From Nemertoderma westbladi (taxonomy: Eukaryota; Animalia; Xenacoelomorpha): a stretch of 61,511 bases of DNA. The stretch's first letter is position 1. Each line of letters opens with the position of its first letter. This document shows, one piece after another, positions 40,095 through 54,171 of this stretch. A program made the position numbers and the translations under genes. The notes under the pieces were generated by a model that was not told the origin of the DNA, searched no databases, and worked only from the letters and a program-made list of their open reading frames with translations. The stretch is taken from NCBI GenBank assembly GCA_032718475.1, contig JAUCBJ010006112.1:1-61511 (forward strand), in the 5' to 3' direction.

Positions 40095-41264
40095 GTGGAA
40101 ATCAGAATGGGTTCCGTAAAGGTCGTGGGACCATGGAGCCCATTTTGGCACTTAGAAGGATAATTGAAGAGTTATCAAAAAAGATAGACAGGCATGTTAT
40201 CTTTGTTGACTTCTTCAAGGCCTTTGATTCAGTCTCTCGCTCACGTATGTTCAGCATACTTTCATTATATGGGATTCCTGATGAAATTATTGCAGCAATC
40301 AGATCAGTATACGATGGTTCGACAACATTTGTGTCTACTGTTGACGGTGACACAGAACCATTTGAAGTGTTATGGGGCGTCCTCCAGGGAGACACACTTG
40401 CACCATTCTTGTTCATAATTGTTGTTGACTATGTTCTACGCATGTCTTTAGATCATCATAATGATGATGGGGTGATGATAACTCCACCTACTGGCTCCAG
40501 AAGTCGAGGAAATCCTGCCAAGTACCTAATTGATCTAGACTTTGCTGATGACTTAGGAGTACTCTCAGAATCACTAGAGGGAGCCCAACGGCTCCTCAGC
40601 TCATTAGAACATTCTGCTTCTAGTGTTGGTCTTTTTATTAACTCCAGAAAGACCAAAATTTTGACAGTTAACTTTGAAAGTCCTCAGCAAGTCTCTGATC
40701 GGATGAGCATAAGCTCAAAAGATGGTATGCTTGAGCATGTGGATGACTTCTGTTACCTGGGATGATAGATCCGGAAGTCAGGTGAGGACCTTCGAATACG
40801 TAAGGGAAAGGCATGGGCAGCCTTGAATAGGCTTTCCAGGATTTGGAATTCACCGAGAATTAATCGGACACTTAAGGTCCGATTATTTAGAGCAGCAGTA
40901 GTTCCAGTACTCCTCTATGGGAGTCCATGCTAGGCTCTAACTGCTGAGGACACCAAATCTCTGGATGGCACATTCACAAGAATGCTACGCCGGGTTCATT
41001 GTGTCAAGTATAATGCACACATCTCCAACCAGACACTATATAACATTGGAGGTGTCTCATTGGTTCCCCCAAGCTTGTCACTAGAACAAAATCGCCTCCG
41101 CTTTGCAAGACATTGCTTTCGCCGTGAGGACCAGCCAGTGCATAATCTTGTACTTTGGCAGCCTCATGGAGTGAATAAGCATGGTGGACAGCCCATGACT
41201 TTCTTGAGACTATTAATTCTACGCATGTCCTTAGATCATCATAATGATGATGGGGCGATGGTTA
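40095..41264 (+). mobile_element. RTE LINE fragment (RT plus downstream), inactivated, followed by the start of a second copy
   Basis: NQNGFRKGR, FVDFFKAFDSV, GVLQGDTLAPFLF, DLDFADDL and VDDFCYLG, with in-frame stops. At ~41217 the sequence restarts at LRMSLDHHNDDG. Confidence 0.93.
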
Positions 41265-41797
41265 GGCCCGGGTCACAAATGAGCTATCAACTTTCAAATA
41301 ACTAAGTCCCGGTTCACACTTAATCGTTCAACTTTCAGCTCATGAAAATTATTGTATATAATGCTTAGACCGCATAATAAAGGGTTGAACAATATTCAGT
41401 AGGCAGTTATAAAAATCTGTATTGTTTCATAGATTATTAGTGTTTTTATATTTTATTTAAAGTAATAATTTTTAATATGGATAACTAAATCAATGACGTA
41501 ATATTAACATATTTATGCCTTACATAGGCCGCGAAATAAACGCCGATATTGGGTTCACAAGATCAATCAAAAAAGGTTGTCGTACGGCGTTATCGGAAAA
41601 CTTCATCAAGATGTGCGGGCAGATGTTATAAAAGAAATAAAGGACATTTTTTAATTATATACGAGATCAATTTTGTCCTTTGATGAATTACTTTCATCTA
41701 TAGAACCCCATATATAGAGAGATAGCAAGTGGAGGAAGTCTATACCGGGATATACAAGACTGCTTCTAACTTTAAAGGTAAAGTATATAACATAAAT

Positions 41798-42350
41798 GTG
41801 GGGCGAGCCACGAAGTGAGCGAAGCCTTAGCATTCCTCGATGAAATTAAACGAAACTTGGTACGTATGTAGTCCGTCAAAAGTTTAGAAAGAATCTGAAG
41901 TTTGGTAAAAAACAAACGAGCGTAACGAGTTTACAGTGGATACGAGTATCCATCTGCCATAAATCAGCAGTTACTCTCACAGTTTCGAGACTTTGCATAG
42001 TTATAAAGGTCGTTATTCTCCGTTTAGGGAAATTATTTTAAGACAAAACAAGACAAGCGCAACGAGGCTAATGAAGGAGAAGAGTATTGTAAAACTAAAA
42101 ATGTCATACTTAACTTAAACAGCCCTAGTTAGAAGGTTTACAAATGACAGTTAAAGTGTGTCAGTGTGTAGTGTAAGGGCAAACTGAAATGGATCTCTGT
42201 TTTTACAACTAGTTTATCACAAACTGATAGCATCGCCTTCACTCATATATATTTTGGGAAATACGCGGTTTTCGTATATCTAATAGAGATTAGTATAATG
42301 TACTTTCTAATATAGGCTCTCGTGCTACGCGAAGCCCCCACGGACGTGTT
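41798..42350 (+). mobile_element. Helentron/DINE-like element nested in the Harbinger element
   Basis: tgtggggcgagccacgaagtgagcgaagccttagc ... tcgtgctacgcgaagcccccacggacgtgt. Confidence 0.65.
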
Positions 42351-42477
42351 ATATACTGTAGCTGCTATAATTAATAAAGGTTACTTCTGATTGGTTGTCA
42401 ATGCTGAAAATGCCAGCTATCAACTTTCAAGTAAGATATAACATCGGACTAGCTCATTTTGAAAGTTGAAAGTAGAC

Positions 42478-43705
42478 TGTGGGGCGAGCCACGAAAGTAA
42501 GCGAGCTTAGCATACAGGTACCACTAACTCAATCGGTGTGTTCTGTCGTTCTGTCGTGTTCAATTTTAAACGTTAATAACTCAGCCAAATCTCGATGAAA
42601 TCTATCCAAACTTGGTACACATGTAGTCTGGCAAAAGTTTAGAAATTTTCCAAGTTGAATTTGCGTGTGGCCTTCGAGAAGCTAAGATAAAAGCAGTTAA
42701 TTAGTTAATTAATTAATTGCGGTAAAAACAGCATTTTCAAGCCTATCTTTTAATGGAAATTAATTATTTTATAGTATAAGATTTAAATAATTATACTTAA
42801 AAATTATACAACTGTATTCCCCATACCCCATTCCATTATAGTTTTTAATTAGTTCAAGAGATGTGCGTTAAGAAATGTGTTTTTAATTGATCTAAACGTA
42901 ATTTAAACTTATTAAAATTCCCCGTCTCCTGCTATAGCTCCCTCCTTCGTTGACATTCCTAGCCTAGCTTGGATGGAAGGGTAACCACTAAAACCCCCAT
43001 AACAAAACTTTTAGCTAGGATGGATGGATTTGTTATATTTTGACAGACAAACCTTCAGAAACACAATCCCAGACAGACACTTTTCACAGACACTTACACA
43101 TAGTAAGGTTAACACGATCGCTCATAACTCTTCAACTACATTTAGCTATTAAGAAACGGTTTGAAGTTTTGAAATCCTCATAAAAATCTGCACCAGGTGG
43201 ATTGAAAAGGAAAATCGATTCTTTTGGAATTAGAATCGATTTTTTTTCTTCCCCCCTTAATTGATCTAAACGTAATTAAGTTAAAATGCATTCCATCACT
43301 ACTTCCAGCACCATCATTCCTTGGCATTCTTGATATTACCAATTAGATGGAAACCAGTCCAATCATCTCACCACTACTTGGTAACGGGTAATTACATCTA
43401 TAGGACATAAAGCGGCACTACTAGTGTAACTAATAAGCCAGCTTACTTTATCCTGCCTTTCATTAATCTTCTGTGCTCCTTTGGGTTGTGGTGGTGCAGA
43501 TTAAGTGGGCGGTTGAAGCGAGGGGGGGGGGGGGGGGGGGGGGAACTTTCCTCTCATCTTTGATTTATTCTTATTGGCGGTTTGGTTAAACTTCTTAATT
43601 ATTTATTTAAATTTCTTAAGTACCGATTTTGGGATAGAATTGCTCAATTTTAATCTGTATCTAATAACTGAGCCTCGTCCTGCGCGAAGGCCCCACGAAC
43701 GTGTT
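42478..43705 (+). mobile_element. Second Helentron/DINE-like element nested in the Harbinger element
   Basis: tgtggggcgagccacgaaagtaagcgagcttagc ... tcgtcctgcgcgaaggccccacgaacgtgt. Confidence 0.65.
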
Positions 43706-43800
43706 TATATGTGAACGTCCCCATAATAGACTACAATATGTTCTATATTTTAATTGAAAGTTGAATGTTGAAAGTTGAAAGCTCATGTGTAACCCGGGCT

Positions 43801-44475
43801 TTACTCCACCTACTGGTTCCATAAGTCGAGGAAATCATGCCAAGTACCTAACTGATCTAGACTTTGCTGATGACTTAGGAGTACTCTCAGAATCACTAGA
43901 GGGAGCCCAACGGCTCCTCGGCTCATTAGAACAGGCTGCTTCTAGTGTTGGTCTTTTTATTAACTCCAAGAAGACCAACATTTTAACAGTTAACTTTGAA
44001 AGTCCTCCGAAAATGTATGATGGTATGCTCAAAGGATGGTATGCTTCACGACTTCTGCTACCTGAGATCATTCGAATACGTAAAGGAAAGGCATGGGCAG
44101 CCTTGAATAGGCTTTCCAGGATATGGAAGTCACCGAGAATTAATCGGACACTTAAGGTCCGATTATTTAGAGCAGCAGTAGTTCCAGTACTCCTCTATGG
44201 GAGTCCATGCTGGGCTCTAACAGCTGAGGACACCAAATCTCTGGATGGCACATTCACAAGAATGCTACGTCGGGTTCTGTATCAGGTACAATGCACACAT
44301 CTCCAACCAGACACTATATAACATTGGAGGTGTCTCATTGGTTCCCCCAAGTTTGACACTAGAACAAAATCGCCTCCGCTTTGCAGGACATTGGTTTCGC
44401 CGTGAGGAACATCCTGTGCATAATCTAGTACTTTAGTAGCACATGGAGAAAATAAGCATGTTGGACAGCCCATGA
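43801..44475 (+). mobile_element. RTE LINE fragment, continuation of the copy split by the Harbinger element
   Basis: YLTDLDFADDLGVLS...RIRKGKAWAALNRLSRIWKS...VVPVLLYGSPCW; near-identical to 40480-41195. Confidence 0.92.
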
Positions 44476-46521
44476 GACGCCTTTTAAACAGGGTTGCCTC
44501 TCTATTTCAGTTTCAATTTTCCCTAACTTTCCCGACATTTCCCTGACTTTATGAAAAAATTACCTGACTGAAGTTTACATTTGACTTCTACCTGTATTTT
44601 TTTCTTCTTGAAGTATATATAGGATATTTGTGGAAATTTGTCGAAATTTGGAATATAGGTTCAGAAGAACCCTGCTTCCAATTCCTCGGAACACAATTTT
44701 GCCTCAAATGCTCTGGAGCCTTTTTAGAACCAAAAGGCCCCAAAAAAAGGGCTTTTTTTGGGCCTTTTTGATATAAAAAGGCTACAGGGCATTTCCAACC
44801 AAATTTGTTCAGAAGAAGTATGGAGAAGGGTATTCTTAACAAGTGTACCAAATTTCAACTCATTTCAGTCAAAATTGGCGGATAAATAGCTTTTTTCATG
44901 AAAAAACGTCATTCTGAAATATGGGTGTTTAAAGCTTGAGGAACAATTCAAACCTCCCCGCTATTTTAGATAATACCATTTTTCTACATTTCTATATTAT
45001 ATTATATTTTCTATATTTTTCTTATTTTTCATGCTTGCTAAACATATAACTATAGTAAAACATTTTTCTAGCAATTTTATTCATATCTGTACCGCGAGAG
45101 CATTTTTTATGAAAAAGGCCCCGTACAATTGTAAAATATAGTGCTTCTCGAAGGCTTTTCAAAAATCAGACTAGCTCTTACGTTTTGGGTAATAACTTGA
45201 GTTTGAGAAAAGATATGAGAAAACTTCTTGCAGATTTGAAATCTCCATTAAATTCGGCACATGATAGAATAAAAAACTTTTTTGTCAATTTCCAAAACAG
45301 GAGGGTGCTACCCCCGTTAATATTTCTGCTATTATTTTAGGTCCATGTATGAATTCGTTGCCAAGTTTACTATAATTCAAGATTTAACGTTCTTCACAGA
45401 TTTGGTTGAAGGGCGGATAACATTTGACCAGGGCTCAACAAAATAAAAACGCAGAGGGTTCAAAATAACGCAGCGTATTTTAAGAGAGAGGGGGGTGGAT
45501 GGGATCGGGCCCCGTATTTTGAAAATGGTAAAATTTTTTATGATCATATCCTGTGCCGAATTTAATGGAGATTTAAAATCTACAAGCATTTTTCAATTGT
45601 TTAAGGCCATTTCATCAGAAAGGCTCCCAAAGTAAAAAAGATATGAATAAAATTGCTAAAAGTTATTGTCGAAACATGAAAGATCCTATTATCTGTATTT
45701 TTCCTTCATCGTTAAACCCATTTTTCTCAGATCTATTTCTATTTCTTAAACAATTCTGACTGAAAACACAAAACGGCGCTTTTTGAGCATTCTTGTGTAT
45801 AAAATGGCCGAAGCTCAATTTCAGCCAACATTGCTTTATGGCACTGGATATATATAATAATGATTTGAACCGATTCATAAAAAAAATTACACTGAATAAA
45901 ACACAGATTGAAAAATTGTGGTGCAGTATAAAATAAGGTGCGGTATTTTGTATAGCCTTTGGGACAAAAAATAATATTTGGAGTCGCTAAAGTAAATTTT
46001 AGTTACTCCTCTTCACTTAAGCACCAATTAAAGCTAGATATTATATTATTCAGCAAATGCATTGGTATAGGTGGAGGGGTGGGGGGTAGTGAGTAGTGGA
46101 TATTGTGCATCGACTCGACACCCTGTAGGGCCTAGTCTATTGAAATGTTAATGTAAATTTAAATCAATCCTGGTTTTCTAATTGATGGGTGGGTGGGGGG
46201 GGGGGGGGGGGGGGGGTGTCCAAATCCAAGGTCGCTTCGCATGTTCCCTTCAGAATGAACAGGTACACATGCAACTTATACAATAATTTATTATACCGCT
46301 ACAGCTATAATTTCAGTTACAACTTACAAGGTTTATAAATTTCATGTCTATTAAATGGAAAATCTTAAAATAACGCAATTTTCATGGTTTTTGCTCAATA
46401 ATAGTTGAATAACGCAAAATTTTGGAAATAGCGCGACGCGTTAAAATAACGCAGTGGTGGGAGCCCTGCATTTAACCCATATATTAAATTTTATGGGAGA
46501 TAATCTAAGTTGTTGACTCAC

Positions 46522-46719
46522 TTTCCTCCCCCTGCTGCCCCTTTAGCTGCTGGATCCTCAGATGGGCGACGTTCTTCAGCGCGGTTAGATTGCGTCGTTT
46601 AAGGACGGCTGTGAGTTGGTTACGTAGACCCATGAGCGTGTCGCTAGGGGTGAGGGCTTCGTCGCAGGCGGCGAGGATATCGTCGGCTTGGGAACCCTGG
46701 ACCACTCGGTCGAGGTGAC
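46522..46719 (-). CDS. WDR7: WDR7 exon
   Basis: ttcctttag|(G)HLDRVVQGSQADDILAACDEA...AVLKRRNLTALKNVAHL...GEE|gtgagt. 198 nt, phase 1/1. Confidence 0.92.
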
Positions 46720-47238
46720 CTAAAGGAAGGAAGGAACATCGGATGAACGGGAACCCTGGACCACTCGGTCGAGGTGACCGAGGAAGGAACATCGGACGAA
46801 CGGGAACCCTGGACCACTCGGTCGAGGGGACCGGGAAGGAACATCGGATGAACGGGAACCCTGGACCACTCGGTCGAGGTGACCTAGGGAAGGAACATCG
46901 GACGAACGGGAACCCTGGACCACTCGGTCGAGGGGACCGGGAAGGAACATCGGATGAACGGGAACCCTGGACCACTCGGTCGAGGTGACCTAGGGAAGGA
47001 ACATCGGACGAACGGGAACCCTGGACCACTCGGTCGAGGGGACCGGGAAGGAACATTGGATGAACGGGAACCCTGGACCACTCGGTCGAGGTGACCTAGG
47101 GAAGGAACATCGGATGAACGGGAACCCTGGACCACTCGGTCGAGGTGACCTAGGGAAGGAACATCGGACGAACGGGAACCCTGGACCACTCGGTCGAGGG
47201 GACCGGGAAGGAACATCTGATGAACGGGAACACTGGAA
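46690..47238 (-). repeat. 53/54-bp array (~9 intronic copies) of acceptor plus exon start
   Basis: Minus unit GATGTTCCTTCCCTAG|GTCACCTCGACCGAGTGGTCCAGGGTTCCCGTTC.TCC; the first 30 nt after AG equal the exon start. Confidence 0.95.
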
Positions 47239-47292
47239 TATTTGCATATTAAATAATATAATTCAAGCAAATTTTCATGAATAGCAGTATCA

Positions 47293-47493
<201 letters not shown>

Positions 47494-47764
47494 CTAAAAC
47501 AAATGGAAGAACAAGAAGAGCATTAAAGATCAGCATTAAATATTAGAACTACCGCGATACAATTAGTTGAATGAAAAATTTTAAGATTTACTTTTAATGA
47601 AAATAATTATTCACAATTAATTCTACCTTTTCGCCAATTGAACGACAATTAAAAACTAAGTAATTTTCTATAAACAACATCCTAATACTTCGCCAACAGA
47701 GTCTACCTCTCCATCTCATATTCATTCTATTTCTACTGACTGAATTATTTTCTATCGCCTATCA

Positions 47765-49535
<1,771 letters not shown>

Positions 49536-49564
49536 TGTCGGAGTTGCACTGATGCTGTTTGTTA

Positions 49565-49822
<258 letters not shown>

Positions 49823-50012
49823 CTAATAACTGCAAAATGCCTGCTGCAAAATAACTGTAAGTCGTAATTGTCTCTCTAACCTGTTTCTTAACTAACCTGC
49901 TTCATTTGTTTTTTTCCACTTTTACTTTATTTCCAATTTCAATGAACGGGTTGACATTCCCTTTATTTTATACTTAATGGCGCTAAATTATTACAGACTC
50001 AACCAATCTTAC

Positions 50013-50165
50013 CAGTTGATCGATGATACCAGCTGGTCTGGGTGCTATCGTCTCCCAGACGTCCAACAAACTCGATATCGTTATGGGATACAGAGGCTGA
50101 ACGGGAGTGTCGATATCGGTGGCAGCTGGCATCTCATCCGGTATTACCCAGATACACAACCGACC
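50013..50165 (-). CDS. WDR7: WDR7 exon
   Basis: ccccgacag|GRLCIWVIPDE...SLLDVWETIAPRPAGIIDQL|gtaaga. 153 nt, phase 0/0; PAGIIDQL motif. Confidence 0.93.
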
Positions 50166-52133
50166 CTGTCGGGGAAAAAACAAAACAGATACACAACCGT
50201 CGGAGTCGGGGAAAAAAAACAGATACACAACCGACGGAGTCTGGGAAAAAACAAAACAGATACACAACCGACCCTGTCGAGGAAAAAACAAAACAGATAC
50301 ACAACAGACTGAGTCGGAGAAAAACAAAACAGATACACAACCGACGGAGTCGGGGAAAAACAAAACAGATACACAACCGACGGAGTCGGGGAAAAACAAA
50401 ACAGATACACAACCGACGGAGTCGGGGAAAAACAAAACAGATACACAACCGACGGAGTCGGGGAAAAACAAAACAGATACACAACCGACCCTGTCGAGGA
50501 AAAAACAAAACAGATACACAACAGACTGAGTCGGAGAAAAACAAAACAGATACACAACCGACGGAGTCGGGGAAAAACATAACAGATAGACAACCGACCC
50601 TGTCGGGGAAAAAACAAAACAGATACACAACAGACTGAGTAGGGGAAAAACAAAATAGATACACAACCGACTGAGTCGGGGAAAAACAAAACAGTTACAC
50701 AACCGACGTAGTCGGGGAAAAACAAAACGGATACACAACAGACTGAGTCGGGGAAAAACAAAACAGATACACAACCGACGGAGTCGGGGAAAAACAAAAC
50801 AGATACACAACAGACTGAGTCGGGGAAAAACAAAACAGATACACAACAGAATGAGTCGGGGAAAAACAAAACAGATACACAACATACGTAGTCGGGGAAA
50901 AAACAAAACAGATACACAACAGACTGAGTCGGGGAAAAACAAAACAGATACACAACCGACCCTGTCGGGAAAAAAACAAAACAGATACACAACAGACGGA
51001 GTCGGGGAAAAACAAAACAGATACACAACAGACGTAGTCGGGGAAAAACAAAACAGATACACAACAGACGGAGTCGGGGAAAAACAAAACAGATACACAA
51101 CAGACTGAGTCGGGAAAAACAAAACAGATACACAACAGACGTAGTCGGGGAAAAAACAAAACAGATACACAACAGTCTGAGTCGGGGAAAAACAAAACAG
51201 ATACACAACAGACTGAGTCGGGAAAAACAAAACAGATACACAACAGACGTAGTCGGGGAAAAAACAAAACAGATACACCACAGTCTGAGTCGGGGAAAAA
51301 CAAAACAGATACACAACAGACTGAGTCGGGGAAAAACAAAACAGATACACAACAGACTGAGTCGGGAAAAACAAAACAGATACACAACAGACGTAGTCGG
51401 GGAAAAAACAAAACAGATACACAACAGTCTGAGTCGGGGAAAAACAAAACAGATACACAACAGACGGAGTCGGGGAAAAACAAAACAGATACACAACAGA
51501 CTGACTCGGGGAAAAACAAAACAGATACACAACAGACTGAGTCGGGAAAAACAAAACAGATACACAACAGACGTAGTCGGGGAAAAAACAAAACAGATAC
51601 ACAACAGTCTGAGTCGGGGAAAAACAAAACAGTTACACAACCGACGTAGTCGGGGAAAAACAAAACAGATACACAACAGACGGAGTCGGGGAAAAACAAA
51701 ACAGATACACAACAGACGGAGTCGGGGAAAAACAAAACAGATACACAACAGACTGACTCGGGGAAAAACAAAACAGATACACAACAGACTGAGTCGGGGA
51801 AAAACAAAACAGATACACAACAGACTGAGTCGGGAAAAACAAAACAGATACACAACAGACGTAGTCGGGGAAAAAACAAAACAGATACACAACAGTCTGA
51901 GTCGGGGAAAAACAAAACAGATACACAACAGACGTAGTCGGGGAAAAAACAAAACAGATACACAACAGACGGAGTCGGGGGAAAAACAAAACAGATACAC
52001 AACAGACGTAGTCGGGGAAAAAACAAAACAGATACACAACAGACTGAGTCGGGGAAAAACAAAACAGATACACAACAGACGGAGTCGGGAAAAACAAAAC
52101 AGATACACAACAGACGTAGTCGGGGAAAAAAAC
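50149..52133 (-). repeat. 36-38-bp array (~53 copies) of acceptor plus exon start
   Basis: Minus unit TTTTGTTTTTCCCCGAC-NNN-GTC(G/T)GTTGTGTATCTG; the real junction is TTTTGTTTTTTCCCCGACAG|GGTCGGTTGTGTATCTG. Confidence 0.95.
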
Positions 52134-52152
52134 ATAATGTGGGGAGGACGGT

Positions 52153-52870
52153 GAATCGACTAACCACAGAGTCGCCCCTTAGTAACAACTTATAGAATCG
52201 ACTAACCACAGAGTCGCCCCTAAGAAACAACTTATAGAATCGACTAACCTCAGAGTCGCCCCTTAGTAACAACTTATAGAATCGACTAACCTCAGAGTCG
52301 CCCCTTAGTAACAACTTATAGAATCGACTAACCTCAGAGTCGCCCCTTAGTAACAACTTATAGAATCGACTAACCTCAGAGTCGCCCCTTAGTAACAACT
52401 TATAGAATCGACTAACCTCAGAGTCGCCCCTTAGTAACAACTTATAGAATCGACTAACCTCAGAGTCGCCCCTTAGTAACAACTTATAGAATCGACTAAC
52501 CTCAGAGTCGCCCCTTAGTAACAACTTATAGAATCGACTAACCTCAGAGCCGCCCCTTAGTAACAACTTATATAATCGACTAACCACAGAGTCGCCCCTT
52601 AGTAACAACTTATAGAATCGACTAACCTCAGAGTCGCCCCTTAGTAACAACTTATAGAATCGACTAACCTCAGAGTCGCCCCTTAGTAACAACTTATAGA
52701 ATCGACTAACCTCAGAGTCGCCCCTTAGTAACAACTTATAGAATCGACTAACCTCAGAGTCGCCCCTTAGTAACAACTTATAGAATCGACTAACCTCAGA
52801 GTCGCCCCTTAGTAACAACTTATAGAATCGACTAACCTCAGAGTCGCCCCTTAGTAACAACTTATAGAAT
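52153..52870 (-). repeat. 42-bp array (~17 copies) of exon end plus donor, in frame
   Basis: Minus unit TTCTATAAGTTGTTACTAAGGGGCGACTCTGAG|GTTAGTCGA encodes FYKLLLRGDSE-VSR with no stop. Confidence 0.96.
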
Positions 52871-53026
52871 GGTTGACGCCTTCCATAGAAAAAAGTTAGA
52901 GCCGGAGGGCAGGGAAGTTCTTCACCGTCAACCACCTCTAGATGGCGTAACACATGTGGCGCCATATAAGAGCTATGGGGCGGCTTAGATACACCTCTGC
53001 GGAAGCTGCCGCTGTCAGGATTACAA
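52837..53026 (-). CDS. WDR7: WDR7 exon (first donor assumed)
   Basis: attatttag|.CNPDSGSFRRGV...ELPCPPALTFFYGRRQPFYKLLLRGDSE|gttagt. 190 nt, phase 2/0; comparable to WDR7 CPPVTRFFYG...KLLIQGDS. Confidence 0.92.
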
Positions 53027-54130
53027 CTAAATAATAAAATATCAGATAATAAACAATAAAGTAATCGCAGCTAAAAATACATTTCTGAGACAGGATGAAT
53101 AGCTGAACATTAATTTATTTTTATTCATTTAGTCAGAACAAATAAAAATCATCGTGGGCCCAGCTTAGCAAGAATGGTAGAAGATGGCGCTCTAACCATT
53201 CCGATAAAGAGATAGACCTGGGAATACGACTTTGGTGCGCTAATAATCCTTCTACTACAGTATTATACTGTAATCGGCCTGCTGCATTGCAGCTGCACAT
53301 TGAGATGCTTTTGCTGACTAACAAATAAATTTGTGCGACCACCCATGGACCACCATACAATATATAATTGGTTGGCTGTGATGCAGCGTGCATTAAGAAT
53401 GCGCTGACACAACTCCTTATCTACCATGACTTTCGCGAGAATATCCACATCTTCAAGAGCAGTATCCTTAATCAAGAAAGTAATGGGCTGTCCACTATAA
53501 TAGTGGCCCTTATTGCACTTTTTCTCCGAATTTCGATTTTTAATAGTGATATTTTGTACTCCATCGCGTGAAAAAAACATTTTGAAAGATAATTTATCTT
53601 TCAACTTTTTAATAATCTATGGTTAACAACCGTCGGTTAACAACCGTCGGTTAACAACCGTCGGTTAACATATCCAACCGTCAGAGTTATCGAAGTCTGA
53701 CGTCTACCGGTCTGTCCATCAAAATGTACGACAGACAGACATACCGATCGAATGACAGACAGACAGACATTATTCCTCCAAACATTAAAGCTGACATTGG
53801 AAATTATATCAGCGACCCCGAAAACCCACGTGATAAAAATTTGCATTGCTCAATGGTAAGCTTCCTTAATGCCAGACATTATTAACCAGTCAACACATGG
53901 GCACATTATGTTGTCAGTGGTAATGATTATGAAGTGATTTTCAATATTGACATAAACCGAAACAAGAGAAACTAAATGCCACTAAATATGTGCAGAAAAT
54001 CATTAAAGGTTTGAATCTAAGCAGTTACGGGGTGATTGTTGTAAGTATGAACTTGTCACAAAGTATTAGTCGTTATAAAAACAGCCCAATCGACAGCCGT
54101 AATAGATTTTCTTCTGATCGGTTTTGGTCA

Positions 54131-54163
54131 GTGTTGCAACGGGATCCCGATCCTGTTGCAACA
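54131..54163. other. Near-perfect hairpin (possible minimal MITE remnant) immediately before the 56-bp array
   Basis: gtgttgcaac-g-ggatc-cc-gatcc-t-gttgcaacac. Confidence 0.7.
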
Positions 54164-54171
54164 CTAGTTTG

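Larger units (their letters stand above)
41265..43800. mobile_element. PIF/Harbinger-type non-autonomous transposon inserted in the RTE copy
   Basis: TTA|GGCCCGGGTCACAAATGAGCTATCAACTTTCAA ... TTGAAAGTTGAAAGCTCATGTGTAACCCGGGCT|TTA. Removing it restores the RTE sequence ggggcgatggtta-ctccacctactgg. Confidence 0.85.

Noticed and set aside
44489-46469. One hAT-like element bounded by CAGGG...CCCTG
   Set aside because: The ends match for only ~5 bp and no TSD is evident; probably pieces of different elements.
50149-52133. CRISPR-like look of 37-bp repeats with a small palindrome
   Set aside because: No unique spacers, no cas genes, eukaryotic context; the unit is a copy of a splice acceptor.
49983-52965. 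Long ORFs (539, 663, 756 aa) across the arrays as independent genes
   Set aside because: They are translations of stop-poor repeats; only the portions matching WDR7 exons are supported.
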